From Candidatus Pampinifervens sinense (GTDB taxonomy: Bacteria > Aquificota > Aquificia > Aquificales > Aquificaceae), in NCBI GenBank assembly GCA_037927135.1, contig JAXSPP010000002.1, positions 96,001 through 160,000 on the forward strand: a stretch of DNA of 64,000 bases. Reading direction: 5' to 3'. A program made the position numbers and the translations under genes. Every line of letters starts with the position of its first letter. Position 1 is the first letter of the stretch. Shown here one piece after another: positions 34,337-47,336 of this stretch. The notes beneath the pieces are model-generated. The model saw only the letters and a program-made list of their open reading frames with translations, did not search any database and was not told the DNA's origin.

Positions 34337-34871
34337 GGCCTTTATTATACTCCACTTTCTTCCAACCTTTTTCACCTTTAAAATATACATCCTCCACCCT
34401 CCTTATATTTAATCTTCTCAAAGCCTTATACTCTTTAAAATCCTTTAAAAAACTTTCAAGGTGCTCTTTGCTATCAAAATAGATCAAGTCTTTTCCTTCC
34501 CTTGCTACCGCATAATCATCCTCTGGCTTTACGAACCCACCACATACTGGGCATCTTGTCCCTTTGGAAGGAGGTGGTGGAGGCATTATCCTAAATTCTC
34601 TCTGTTCCATAAAGGCATAGAAGGCTATAGAAAGCACTATAAAGAATACGAGGGCATCTATGGCAAAGGATGTGAAAGGTGAGATAAGGTTGCCTAAGTA
34701 TCCAAAAATGGAAAAGAGGATGCCTAAAACCGTTATACCAGCTGTTATAAACACATGCTTTAGGGCTACTCCCTTAAATATAAAGATAAGTATTATAAGA
34801 AAGCTAAACATTTCCAGGAGTCTTGCAACGATTATAAGAAGATGGCCTAGGCTATTTGTGTCTAAGCTCAT
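34326..34871 (-). CDS. Membrane protein with C-terminal YHS/TRASH-like domain
   Basis: Three TMs, poly-Pro linker, CPVCG...YFDSKEHL. Confidence 0.65.
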   Translation of the reverse strand: MSLDTNSLGHLLIIVARLLEMFSFLIILIFIFKGVALKHVFITAGITVLGILFSIFGYLGNLISPFTSFAIDALVFFIVLSIAFYAFMEQREFRIMPPPPPSKGTRCPVCGGFVKPEDDYAVAREGKDLIYFDSKEHLESFLKDFKEYKALRRLNIRRVEDVYFKGEKGWKKVEYNKGHEG

Positions 34872-35049
34872 TGGTAGGATCCTTATCGTATCTCATGTAA
34901 GGCACATTCTTTATATTTTTCAACCTGTTTATAAAGTATTTCCTGTTTTCTTCCGAGAAGATCATACCCAGAAGTCCAGTTAGAAATCCGGCTAGCACTA
35001 CGAGCCCTAATATGATTCCAGTCAGCTTCTTTTTCTGTTCCTGTGTCAT
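34852..35049 (-). CDS. Small single-TM hypothetical protein
   Basis: GGAGG SD, one TM helix, 65 aa. Confidence 0.65.
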   Translation of the reverse strand: MTQEQKKKLTGIILGLVVLAGFLTGLLGMIFSEENRKYFINRLKNIKNVPYMRYDKDPTNELRHK

Positions 35050-35077
35050 ATAATTTTACCTCCATAAAACATATTAT

Positions 35078-35102
35078 AAAAAGGGCTCCCACAAAGGGAG
35101 CC
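35078..35102 (-). terminator. Intrinsic terminator after coxA
   Basis: GGCTCCC-TTTGT-GGGAGCC stem followed by a T-run on the minus strand. Confidence 0.75.
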
Positions 35103-35125
35103 AAGGGAAGAGGTGCACCACCACC

Positions 35126-36775
35126 TTAGATGTGGGTGTGGTACCCCTTGTAATAAGCGTAGGGGTGCCAATCTTCTGGAACTTCCACAGGGAACTTCTT
35201 GAAGTTGGTGGGTCCAACTGGTGTGGTGGTCATGCTCCATTCAAGGGAAGGGGACTTCCAAGGATTGTCCTCTGCCTTTGGACCTTTGAGGCTCTTTATC
35301 CAGTTTATCAGAGAGAGCAGTATAGCAACTGCCATTATCAAGGCTCCAACAGTTTGAATCTGCATGAGCTGTATCCACTCCGGTATAGGTGGATAGTCTG
35401 GATATCTTCTGGGCATACCTTTTGCCATTCCCATATACATCTGGAAGAAGAACATGATGTTTGCGCCTATTAGCATGAGCCAAAAGCTTAGCTTTCCAAG
35501 ACCTTCTGAATACATCCTACCGGTTACCTTTGGATACCAGTAGTAGATTCCGCTAAAAGCTCCAAAGGTTAGTGCCATACCTAGCACATAGTGGAAGTGT
35601 CCCACTACAAAGAGTGAGTCGGATATACCAAGGTCTATGGAAACCATAGCATTGGGAATACCAGTAAGGCCACCTATTAGGAACATGAGTATTCCACCAA
35701 AGGTAAAGAGAAGGGGCGTGTTATACCTTATGGAAGCCTTGTGAAGTGTAGCTACCCAGTTGAATATCTTAATGCCTGTAGGCACAGCCACAAAGAGGGT
35801 TGTATAGGAGAAGATCACTCTTAGCCAATCTGGTACACCTGAAACAAACATGTGGTGAACCCATGTAAAGAAGCCTACCAAGGCTATCGCATATATGGCA
35901 AGCATCATGGAGATGTATCCAAATATGGGCTTTCTTGACATGGTGGATATGACCTCAGAGAACACACCAAAGGCTGGCAGAATCATCACGTACACAACGG
36001 GGTGAGAGTAGAACCAAAGAAGGTGCTGATAAAGAAGTGGATCTCCACCTAGCATTGGGTTGTAAAAGTTGGTGCCAAGATACTTATCTGTGAAAAGTAG
36101 TGCTACAGCACCCATCAAAGATGGAACACCGAAAAGCTGTATGAGGCTTGCAGCCATTATGGCATGTACAAAGAGGTTTAGCTTGGTCCATGTTATACCC
36201 TTTGCCCTCATACTAACTATGGTGGTTATCATGTTCACAGAACCGGCTGTGGAGGAGATGCTATAAAGGAGCACTATTAGTACATATAGGGATGTGGGAC
36301 CTGCATTATCGTTCATAGAATAGGGAGCATAACCTGTCCATAGCATCTTTATCCAGTTTCCAGGTATAAGGGTAAGCAATACCAAAAGGCTTGCACCAAA
36401 GAAAGACCAATAGCTAAAGGCGTTGAGCCTTGGAAAGGCCACATCCCTTGCACCTATCATTAAAGGCACCAAAAAGTTAGCAAAGCCACCAGTCCAAACG
36501 GTTACAGCCCACCAGAGAAGCATTACAGCACCATGTCCTGTAAGTAGGTAGTTATAAAGGTCTGTACCTTCTTGTCCAAAGAGGCTTGGCAATTGGATGC
36601 CAGGCGCAGACTGTTCAAACCTGATAAGAAGACCAAAAAGACCAGCTACGATAAAGAAGACAAGAGCGGTGATAAAGTAGAGCATGCCTATCTTCTTGTG
36701 GTCTGTGGTGAAGATCCACTCCTTTAGCGTGGCACCATACCAGGTGCCAGAGGTAGGCACATGCGCTACAGCCAT
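35126..36775 (-). CDS. coxA: Cytochrome c oxidase subunit I (A2-type)
   Basis: TTDHKKIG, WFYSHPVVY (YS motif), WVHH, HFH, GMPRR; start trimmed to MAVAHV. Confidence 0.96.
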   Translation of the reverse strand: MAVAHVPTSGTWYGATLKEWIFTTDHKKIGMLYFITALVFFIVAGLFGLLIRFEQSAPGIQLPSLFGQEGTDLYNYLLTGHGAVMLLWWAVTVWTGGFANFLVPLMIGARDVAFPRLNAFSYWSFFGASLLVLLTLIPGNWIKMLWTGYAPYSMNDNAGPTSLYVLIVLLYSISSTAGSVNMITTIVSMRAKGITWTKLNLFVHAIMAASLIQLFGVPSLMGAVALLFTDKYLGTNFYNPMLGGDPLLYQHLLWFYSHPVVYVMILPAFGVFSEVISTMSRKPIFGYISMMLAIYAIALVGFFTWVHHMFVSGVPDWLRVIFSYTTLFVAVPTGIKIFNWVATLHKASIRYNTPLLFTFGGILMFLIGGLTGIPNAMVSIDLGISDSLFVVGHFHYVLGMALTFGAFSGIYYWYPKVTGRMYSEGLGKLSFWLMLIGANIMFFFQMYMGMAKGMPRRYPDYPPIPEWIQLMQIQTVGALIMAVAILLSLINWIKSLKGPKAEDNPWKSPSLEWSMTTTPVGPTNFKKFPVEVPEDWHPYAYYKGYHTHI

Positions 36776-36789
36776 GGTCGCACCTCCTT

Positions 36790-37554
36790 TTATTGTTGAA
36801 CTTGTTGTATTGTTTGCTCTGCGGAAGCTTGCTGGCCACCGAGCCATCTGTTGAATTCATCCTCTGGAACAACCTTCAAAACGGTGGCCATCCTTGAATG
36901 CCATGTACCACAGAATTCCCTACAGAATACCCAGTATTCCCCTGGTTTATTAAACTGGAACCACAGCTTTGTTATCCTTCCGGGCACACAGTCTTCTGTT
37001 ACCCTTGCCTCATGGACAAAGAAGGAGTGTATGACATCTCTGGATGTGCAATAAACCTTTACCGGCTTGCCCGCTGGTACATAAACCTTTACCGAGTCAT
37101 CTATCTTGTCGGGCATAAGATAGACGTTCTTTTCGGGATCGGCTACCTGATTGAAGAAGGTGTAAACCTTCTTCCCGTTTGGATACTCTATCTCCCATCC
37201 CCACATAAAGGCTGTAACCTTTAGTTCTAAGGCACCTTCCGGTGCCTTCCTCTGCTTTACAAAGTTTGCAAAGGAATAGGTTCCAAGGAATAGGACTATT
37301 ATGGTAGGTATGACAGTCCAAACCACTTCTATAGCCGTATTGCCTTCAATATGAGCACCTTCCTCATTCTCTCCTGGTTTATAGCGATACTTAATCATAA
37401 AGTAGATGGAAGGTATGGCTACTATAAGGTAGATGGCTACAGCTACCCAGAACCATACGGTTACGGAGTTCTCCCAGTATACCCTTGGATAGATGGTAGC
37501 ATCTTCGGCCATAGCCATACCAACCAAGGAAAGCAAAGCTAACAAGTGTCTCAT
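36790..37554 (-). CDS. coxB: Cytochrome c oxidase subunit II
   Basis: EVVWT, DVIHSF, CuA motif CREFCGTWHSRM. Confidence 0.95.
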   Translation of the reverse strand: MRHLLALLSLVGMAMAEDATIYPRVYWENSVTVWFWVAVAIYLIVAIPSIYFMIKYRYKPGENEEGAHIEGNTAIEVVWTVIPTIIVLFLGTYSFANFVKQRKAPEGALELKVTAFMWGWEIEYPNGKKVYTFFNQVADPEKNVYLMPDKIDDSVKVYVPAGKPVKVYCTSRDVIHSFFVHEARVTEDCVPGRITKLWFQFNKPGEYWVFCREFCGTWHSRMATVLKVVPEDEFNRWLGGQQASAEQTIQQVQQ

Positions 37555-38321
37555 CTTCCTACCTCCTTCTTTTTTCTAGCTATGGCATGAAGTAATGTAA
37601 GGCTTGCAAGCATAAGGCCACCAAAGGCAAAGATAACTGTGGGGTTTAGCCCATACCTTCCTGTGTTTGGGTCATACTTGTAGCACACCAAATAGGCCAC
37701 ATCCACAATGGTATTCTTGGTTATCCTAAAGCTTTCCGCTTCCGCAAGGGCTATACGGAAGTCCCTTTCCTTTGGAGATATGCCATACAGATAGCGGACG
37801 ATCTTTCCATCTGGTGCTATGAATATGACCACGTTCGGATGGACAAAGACCCTATCCTGGCGAGAGTAGAAGAATCTGTAGCCTATAGACTGGGTCAACT
37901 TCCTTATGTCTTCCTCCGACATTATCCCAAAGGTCCATCTTGGATTGTAAACACCAAGCTGTGCTTTAAACCTTTTTATGTCCTCAAAGGTGTCTTGTTT
38001 ATCAAAGGAGAGGACAAGAAGGTTGGCATCCTTTCCTATGTTCTTTGTAGCTTCAAGGGCGGATTTTACTATAAGCGGACATGCGGCATCGCAGGTATAA
38101 TAAGCAAGAATAAGGGCCGTAGGCCTACCCTTTATAAACTCGTACAACCTATAAGATTTCCCATCCTCTGTGGTAAAGGTTATGTCCGCTACCTTATTGC
38201 CCAAGTATTTCTCCTCTTCTATGCGCATTATGTTAGCATCAAACATACTAGGAGTCATTTTGGGTTGAGGTATGGCAAAGGCAGAGGCCCAACACAGGAA
38301 GAGTAGGGCCAAACCCCACAT
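37551..38321 (-). CDS. SCO family copper chaperone
   Basis: YYTCDAACP CxxxC, conserved His (FVHP), located inside the cox operon. Confidence 0.88.
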   Translation of the reverse strand: MWGLALLFLCWASAFAIPQPKMTPSMFDANIMRIEEEKYLGNKVADITFTTEDGKSYRLYEFIKGRPTALILAYYTCDAACPLIVKSALEATKNIGKDANLLVLSFDKQDTFEDIKRFKAQLGVYNPRWTFGIMSEEDIRKLTQSIGYRFFYSRQDRVFVHPNVVIFIAPDGKIVRYLYGISPKERDFRIALAEAESFRITKNTIVDVAYLVCYKYDPNTGRYGLNPTVIFAFGGLMLASLTLLHAIARKKKEVGR

Positions 38322-38324
38322 GGC

Positions 38325-39101
38325 TTAAAACCTACCGTAGGAGCCTACTATGTAGGCTGTTCCAGCCACTAAAAGCCATGCAAGGTCTACAAAGTGCCAG
38401 TAATAGCTAACTGCCCTAGCGGGGGTCTTTTTACCTAAAGCCTTACCACTATTTATAAGAAGTACTAACTGCATTCCAAGGCCTACTAAAACGTGGGATG
38501 CGTGGACTCCTGTAAGGGTATAGAAGCCAGTTCCATACATATTGGCGCTTATGGTAAAGCCTTTCTCCCACAGGTGCATCCACTCCCAGGCGTGTAGTAG
38601 TATAAAGGCTGTTCCCAGGATCATAGTGGCCAAAAGCCATAGCCTATAGCCACCCAAATCTCCCTCTTCAATGCTGTGTTCCGCTTTCCATATGGTAAAG
38701 CTAGAAGCCCAAAGTATTAGGGTTAATACGGCCACAAGCCCAAGGTTCATTCCACCTTCTGGTATCCACTCCCTTACCCAAACATCCGCATGGGTCACCC
38801 TTGCCATCCAAAAGCCTGCAAAAATTGTTCCAAAGATAACAGCTTCTGCAAAAACAAACCACACTATACCCTGGAAACCAAGGCCTTCATCGTGCCCCTT
38901 GGAAAAGTATTCGTTGGCCCATCCGGCTATACCTATGGCGAGTAGCGCAAGGCCTATACCACCGGACAGAACGGCTAAGAACGGAAGCTTCCATGTAAAG
39001 TAGGCTAGTGCTGCTAAAGACAGGAAGAAGGTTGATAAGCCTGTGGGCAGAGCCCAGACGCTAGTCTCATGGTGTGTCGCATGGGTTCCCTCGTGCGCCA
39101 T
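38325..39101 (-). CDS. coxC: Cytochrome c oxidase subunit III
   Basis: FVFAEAVIF, FYTLTGVHASHV, YWHFVD. Confidence 0.93.
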   Translation of the reverse strand: MAHEGTHATHHETSVWALPTGLSTFFLSLAALAYFTWKLPFLAVLSGGIGLALLAIGIAGWANEYFSKGHDEGLGFQGIVWFVFAEAVIFGTIFAGFWMARVTHADVWVREWIPEGGMNLGLVAVLTLILWASSFTIWKAEHSIEEGDLGGYRLWLLATMILGTAFILLHAWEWMHLWEKGFTISANMYGTGFYTLTGVHASHVLVGLGMQLVLLINSGKALGKKTPARAVSYYWHFVDLAWLLVAGTAYIVGSYGRF

Positions 39102-39132
39102 GTTTCACCTCCTTTCTTTTTTGTGCTTACTT

Positions 39133-39209
39133 AAATGATATAAATCATTTTCCTTCGCTTGTCAAGAGTTATCAATTGATAAGGTTTAAAGATTAGAAGG
39201 TTTAAAGAT
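39133..39209 (-). promoter_or_regulatory. cox operon promoter region with palindromes and a direct repeat
   Basis: TTGACA (39165-39160, minus); AAATGAT-N4-ATCATTT 39133-39150; TTATCAATTGATAA 39169-39182; AAGGTTTAAAGAT x2 (39181, 39197). Confidence 0.55.
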
Positions 39210-39250
39210 ATTTAAATCGTTTTATATTTTAAACTGCACACTTTTTTCCT

Positions 39251-39895
39251 TTACTCACAACCTACCACTGGAAGACTAACGGGTGGAAGCCTCACCTCTC
39301 CAAAGGGTGTTTTCACTGGGTTTTCTAACAGCTTTTCTATAAACTTTAGCTTATCTTCAAGGTCTTTTAAGGATACTCCGTATATCTTTGCCAATTCCTC
39401 AAGTTCTGGTGCCTTTCCAAGTCTTTTTGCTATTTCCCTTGCTATGCTATAAACTTTCTTGTCTATATCAGGATAAATGTCCTTTATGTAGGATACTACT
39501 TCGTAAGAATAGACTACTATTCTATGAACCCTTGCCATAGTTTGAATCATCTGTTCTACTGTGCTCTGTTCATACAAGTTTATTCGGCCTTTCCACAGAA
39601 GACCAGCTATTATCTTACCGTTAGATTCCTGTGTATGGTAGATACAAAAACTCTCTGGCACTTCTTCCCATCCATGTTCAAATGCAAAGGCTAGAAAGGC
39701 TCCTATAGCTTCCTCTCTGCTTCGGAATATACCCAGAAGAGAATCAAAATTTTCATCTTCTATCTTGGCCACTACTAGAGAACAATCATCTACCTTTTCT
39801 ATGTAAAACACCGGTGAAAGCTCCTGCCAACTGGCAAAGGGCTCTAAGCTTTTAATGTCCTCAGGTATATCTTTGAATAGCCTTTGTATTTTCAT
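39251..39895 (-). CDS. Hypothetical protein, possibly with a degenerate RNase H-like C-terminal domain
   Basis: 214-aa ORF with AGGAG SD. Confidence 0.6.
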   Translation of the reverse strand: MKIQRLFKDIPEDIKSLEPFASWQELSPVFYIEKVDDCSLVVAKIEDENFDSLLGIFRSREEAIGAFLAFAFEHGWEEVPESFCIYHTQESNGKIIAGLLWKGRINLYEQSTVEQMIQTMARVHRIVVYSYEVVSYIKDIYPDIDKKVYSIAREIAKRLGKAPELEELAKIYGVSLKDLEDKLKFIEKLLENPVKTPFGEVRLPPVSLPVVGCE

Positions 39896-39950
39896 TTGCT
39901 CTCCTTTGTGATATAATTATAAGGCTTAAATCTCATGAGGAGGTGCCATA

Positions 39951-41018
39951 TTGAGTCCCCTTGTAGAAATTGCCAACAGAGCTAGAGAGATAGGAGGTGT
40001 AAGGGTTTACAAAAAGAGTGTGGAGAGAGTTCTTTCTGCCATACTAAGGAGCGGTGATTTTTGGGAGATTGTGGACATGTCAGACCTTCCAGTGCCCGCC
40101 GCTTCAGGTATAGTGAAGGCGCTGGTTGAAAAGGGTCTGGCCTTTATTGATGATGAAGAGAACATAAGGTTGACTCAGAAGGGCTTTGACCTTGTGAGAG
40201 AGCTGGGTATAGAGCCCTATGTGGAGTATGTATGCCAAGCTTGTGAGGGAAGGGGCATACCTTTTTATGCCGACATAGAGTTCTACAGAGAGTTTTTGCA
40301 GATAACCAAGGATAGGCCTAAGGCCATAAGGGATTACGATCAGGGTTCTGTAACGCCAGAGACTACGGTAGCTAGGGTGCTTTTCATGGACTCTAGGGGA
40401 GACTTAAGGAACAAGGATATTATAGTCCTTGGAGCGGAGGATGACCTTACAGGCCTAGCCATAGCCCTTTCAAGGAAGCCAAGGAGCGTGCTTGTGATAG
40501 ATATAGACAAAAGGCTTATAGACTTTGACAACAGGATATTCAAAGAGTTAGGTATAGACAATGCGGAAGCTATAGTATGGGACCTAAGGAATCCTCTACC
40601 TCAGGAGATTTTAGGTCATTATGATGTTTTTGTTTCCGATCCGCCGGAAACCCTTCCGGCCTTCAGGGCCTTCATAGGTAGGGGTATTGCCACATTAAGG
40701 GAAGATGGGGGTGTGGGCTACTTTGGTCTAACCCTTAGAGATTCTTCTGTCTTTCGTTGGAAAGACTTTCAGACGGCACTTACCACAGAGTTTGGAGTGG
40801 TGATAACCGACATCATACAAGACTTCAATGACTATATAACATGGGATTATCATCCGGAAACTAAGGCGGCAGAGATAGCTCCAGTGAGAAGGCACCCCAA
40901 AGGTATATGGTATAGGTCCGCTTGGTACAGGATAGAGGCACTCCCAGGCTTCAAAAGGTGGAATGATCCCATATCGGATGATGTGTTTTACCTTGACGAG
41001 GAGGGTTCTACTACTTGA
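39951..41018 (+). CDS. bpsA: N4-bis(aminopropyl)spermidine synthase (branched-chain polyamine synthase, DUF43)
   Basis: CxxCxGRG, RP...YDQ, GAEDDL, DIDKRL, DPPET, FIGRG; GGAGG SD before TTG. Confidence 0.88.
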   Translation: MSPLVEIANRAREIGGVRVYKKSVERVLSAILRSGDFWEIVDMSDLPVPAASGIVKALVEKGLAFIDDEENIRLTQKGFDLVRELGIEPYVEYVCQACEGRGIPFYADIEFYREFLQITKDRPKAIRDYDQGSVTPETTVARVLFMDSRGDLRNKDIIVLGAEDDLTGLAIALSRKPRSVLVIDIDKRLIDFDNRIFKELGIDNAEAIVWDLRNPLPQEILGHYDVFVSDPPETLPAFRAFIGRGIATLREDGGVGYFGLTLRDSSVFRWKDFQTALTTEFGVVITDIIQDFNDYITWDYHPETKAAEIAPVRRHPKGIWYRSAWYRIEALPGFKRWNDPISDDVFYLDEEGSTT

Positions 41019-41044
41019 CAAAGTATATATACTTACGGTATAAT
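41015..41044 (+). promoter_or_regulatory. Consensus sigma70 promoter for tRNA-Glu/gyrB
   Basis: TTGACA (41015-41020)-18 bp-TATAAT (41039-41044); 14-bp palindrome AAGTATATATACTT in the spacer. Confidence 0.85.
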
Positions 41045-41058
41045 TAAAACTAGGTGAA

Positions 41059-44311
<3,253 letters not shown>

Positions 44312-44312
44312 A

Positions 44313-44981
44313 ATGGGTAAGCTTTATGTGGTGGCCACGCCCATAGGGAACCTAAAGGATATAACCTTGAGGGCCCTTGAGGTGCTAAAGGAGGTAAACT
44401 TTATAGCTTGCGAGGACACAAGGAGGACCCTCATACTTTTGAACCACTACAACATAAAGGACAAAAAGCTAATATCCTATTATGAACCAAAAGAGAGCGT
44501 ACAGGTGCCAAAGGTTTTAAAGCTGCTTGAAAAGGAAGATGTGGCCCTTGTGAGTGATGCTGGCATGCCCTCCATATCGGACCCGGGCTACAAGCTCATA
44601 AGGGCATGTGTAGAAAAGGGTATTCCAGTGGAGGTAATACCCGGTCCGAGCGCAGTGCTTACAGCCCTTGTGGGCTCTGGCCTTCCAACGGACAGGTTTA
44701 CCTTTTTGGGCTTTCTTCCAAGGAAGGGCCTAGAGAAGTTCTTTGAGGAGGTAAAGGTGTATACGGATACCACACTCATAGCCTTTGAGTCTCCCAACAG
44801 GCTTATAAAGAGCCTTCAAGCTATGGAAAAGGTCTATGGTGGGGAAGTACAAGTCTGTATAGCAAGGGAGCTAACAAAGGTCCATGAAGAATATATAAGA
44901 GGCAAGCTAAAGGATGTTTTAGAAGAGCTTCAAAAGAGGCCAGAGATAAAGGGAGAGATAGTTTTACTCTGGAGGCTGTAG
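44313..44981 (+). CDS. rsmI: 16S rRNA C1402 2'-O-methyltransferase
   Basis: VATPIGNLKDIT, CEDTR, SDAGMPSISDPG, ESPNR, RELTKVHEE. Confidence 0.96.
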   Translation: MGKLYVVATPIGNLKDITLRALEVLKEVNFIACEDTRRTLILLNHYNIKDKKLISYYEPKESVQVPKVLKLLEKEDVALVSDAGMPSISDPGYKLIRACVEKGIPVEVIPGPSAVLTALVGSGLPTDRFTFLGFLPRKGLEKFFEEVKVYTDTTLIAFESPNRLIKSLQAMEKVYGGEVQVCIARELTKVHEEYIRGKLKDVLEELQKRPEIKGEIVLLWRL

Positions 44982-44982
44982 G

Positions 44983-46323
44983 ATGATAGACCCTAAGCTT
45001 TTAGAAAAATGGGACAAGGAATACTTTTGGCATCCCTTTACGCAGATGAAGGTATACAGGGAGGAAGAAAACCTCATCTTTGAAAGGGGTGAAGGCGTAT
45101 ACCTTTATGACATAAAGGGGAGGAAGTTCATAGATGCCATATCTTCCCTCTGGTGCAACGTGCACGGACACAACCATCCCAAGCTAAACCAAGCCATAGT
45201 AGAACAACTAAAAAAAGTGGCACATACCACAACCCTTGGAAGCTCCAACGTGCCAGCCATCCTTTTGGCAAAAAGGCTCGTAGAGATATCTCCCAAAGGT
45301 CTTACAAAGGTCTTCTACTCGGAGGATGGTGCGGAGGCTGTGGAGATAGCCATAAAGCTCGCCTATCAGTATTGGAGGAACAAGGGTGAAAAAAGGAAGG
45401 TTTTTATAACCCTTTCGGAAGCCTACCATGGAGACACCCTCGGTGCGGTAAGCCTTGGTGGCATAGAGCTATTCCATGGGACCTACAGAGACCTTCTCTT
45501 TGAAACCATAAAGCTCCCTTCTCCTTACCTCTTTTGTAAGGAAAGGTATGGAAGGCTGTGCGATGAGTGCAAAGAGGAGCTCTTAAGTATTTTGGAAAAT
45601 ATCCTCAAAAGCAGGGATGATATTGTGGCCATAAGCCTTGAGGCTGGCATCCAGGCTGCCGCTGGCATGCTACCCTTCCCAAGGGGCTTTTTAAAGGGTG
45701 TGAGAGAGCTCACACAGAAGTATAAGGTGCTTATGATAGTGGATGAGGTGGCCACAGGCTTTGGAAGGACGGGCACCATGTTTTACTGTGAGCAGGAGGA
45801 AGTTAGCCCAGACTTTATGTGCCTTGGAAAAGGGATAACGGGAGGCTATCTTCCCCTTGCTGCCACACTCACAACGGATGAAGTCTTTAACGCCTTCTTG
45901 GGAGAGTTTGGAGAGCTAAAGCACTTTTATCATGGCCACACTTACACGGGCAACAACTTGGCCTGCGCTGTGGCCCTTGCCAACCTTGAAGTCTTTGAGG
46001 AAGAGAAGACCTTGGAGAAGCTAAAGCCCAAGATAGAACATCTTACAAAGAGGCTGGAGGAGTTTTGGGAGCTTGATCATGTGGGGGATGTACGCCAGCT
46101 TGGCTTTATGGTGGGCATAGAACTGGTAAAGGACAAAAGGACTGGAGAGAAGTTTCCATACGGTGAGAGGACTGGCTTTAAAGTGGCTTACAAGTGCAGA
46201 GAAAGGGGAGTTTTCCTTAGGCCCCTTGGCGATGTGATGGTCTTGATGATGCCCTTGGTGATAGACTTTGACCAGATGGACCATGTGATAGACACCCTAA
46301 AGTGGGCGATAGAGAGCCTCTAA
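44983..46323 (+). CDS. bioA: Adenosylmethionine-8-amino-7-oxononanoate aminotransferase
   Basis: WHPFTQM, YHGDT, DEVATGFGRTG, GKGITGGY, HGHTYTGN, LRPLG. Confidence 0.96.
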   Translation: MIDPKLLEKWDKEYFWHPFTQMKVYREEENLIFERGEGVYLYDIKGRKFIDAISSLWCNVHGHNHPKLNQAIVEQLKKVAHTTTLGSSNVPAILLAKRLVEISPKGLTKVFYSEDGAEAVEIAIKLAYQYWRNKGEKRKVFITLSEAYHGDTLGAVSLGGIELFHGTYRDLLFETIKLPSPYLFCKERYGRLCDECKEELLSILENILKSRDDIVAISLEAGIQAAAGMLPFPRGFLKGVRELTQKYKVLMIVDEVATGFGRTGTMFYCEQEEVSPDFMCLGKGITGGYLPLAATLTTDEVFNAFLGEFGELKHFYHGHTYTGNNLACAVALANLEVFEEEKTLEKLKPKIEHLTKRLEEFWELDHVGDVRQLGFMVGIELVKDKRTGEKFPYGERTGFKVAYKCRERGVFLRPLGDVMVLMMPLVIDFDQMDHVIDTLKWAIESL

Positions 46324-47204
46324 TCGCATGTCTTAAGGAGTTTTATCTCTCTACCATCTTCTAAGCTGAGGTGGGCCTGAAGGCTAGACCTTAGTATATA
46401 TCCAAGGGCCACATGGCCCTTTGGGCTAACAGAGGTGATTATCCCCACCTTCTTTTCACCAGACTTTATCACCTGACCTTCTGAAAGTTCCTCTCCTTCA
46501 AAGAGGGCCAAAACCCTTGCTGGCCTTCCTCTGTAGTAGACTCTTGCTATGGCCTCTTGCCCTACATAACAGCCCTTTGTGAGGCTTATGGCATAATTCA
46601 AAAGACAAGCCTCAAGAGGAGAAAAGCCTTCCTTTAGTTCTTTGCCAAGCCTTGGCACCATCCTCAAAATCCTCTCATGTTCAAAATCCTCTTCTTTTAT
46701 CTCTTCCTCTTCCTTTAAGTTGAGGTTTAAATTCTCTCCGATGATATCATAGCCTTCCTCCCTTAGCCTTATGTCGTTCCTCACCACAAGCACACCATCC
46801 ATCTCTTTCACTTCCCCTTCTTTTAGCTCTACTCCAAAGCTGGAAAGGATAAAGTCTTTTGCGCCTTCACCAAAGATAAAAACATGGTCCATGTCTAATG
46901 CCTCAAAATATACTCTCATGGAGAGCTTTAGCCTGCTGAATTCTTCAAGCACAAAATCCTTGTCCAGCGGTGTATCAAGAAGGTAGCCATTTTCTAGCTT
47001 TAGCACATAAAACTCGCCTATGGGAAAGCCGTTTTGCCTTAGCCAAAGGTTGTATGTCATTGTATGGCTTGCCATGCCCTTTATATCGTTGCTAAGAAGG
47101 TTGTGCAAAAAGGCTGTGTGTTCTTCTGTCATGCCTTTTGGAAGTAGCTTTCCTTCCTTTCCATAGACTCTTATCTTGCTGTTTTTTAACCTAATCCAGT
47201 GCAT
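46320..47204 (-). CDS. ygfZ: YgfZ/GcvT-family folate-binding protein
   Basis: KGCYVGQE signature. Confidence 0.88.
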   Translation of the reverse strand: MHWIRLKNSKIRVYGKEGKLLPKGMTEEHTAFLHNLLSNDIKGMASHTMTYNLWLRQNGFPIGEFYVLKLENGYLLDTPLDKDFVLEEFSRLKLSMRVYFEALDMDHVFIFGEGAKDFILSSFGVELKEGEVKEMDGVLVVRNDIRLREEGYDIIGENLNLNLKEEEEIKEEDFEHERILRMVPRLGKELKEGFSPLEACLLNYAISLTKGCYVGQEAIARVYYRGRPARVLALFEGEELSEGQVIKSGEKKVGIITSVSPKGHVALGYILRSSLQAHLSLEDGREIKLLKTCD

Positions 47205-47336
47205 ATTTAAAGCTTACACAGAAAATTTTTAAAAAGGTATAACATTTGTCATACATTTTTGAAAAACTTTTAAAAGATTTAAACAAGGATGGCAAAAATG
47301 GATATAATTAGGTAAAAACCATCAGGAGGTATGAAC

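Noticed and set aside
47221-47290. A/T palindromes upstream of acsA
   Set aside because: Homopolymer-based and expected by chance in AT-rich intergenic DNA.
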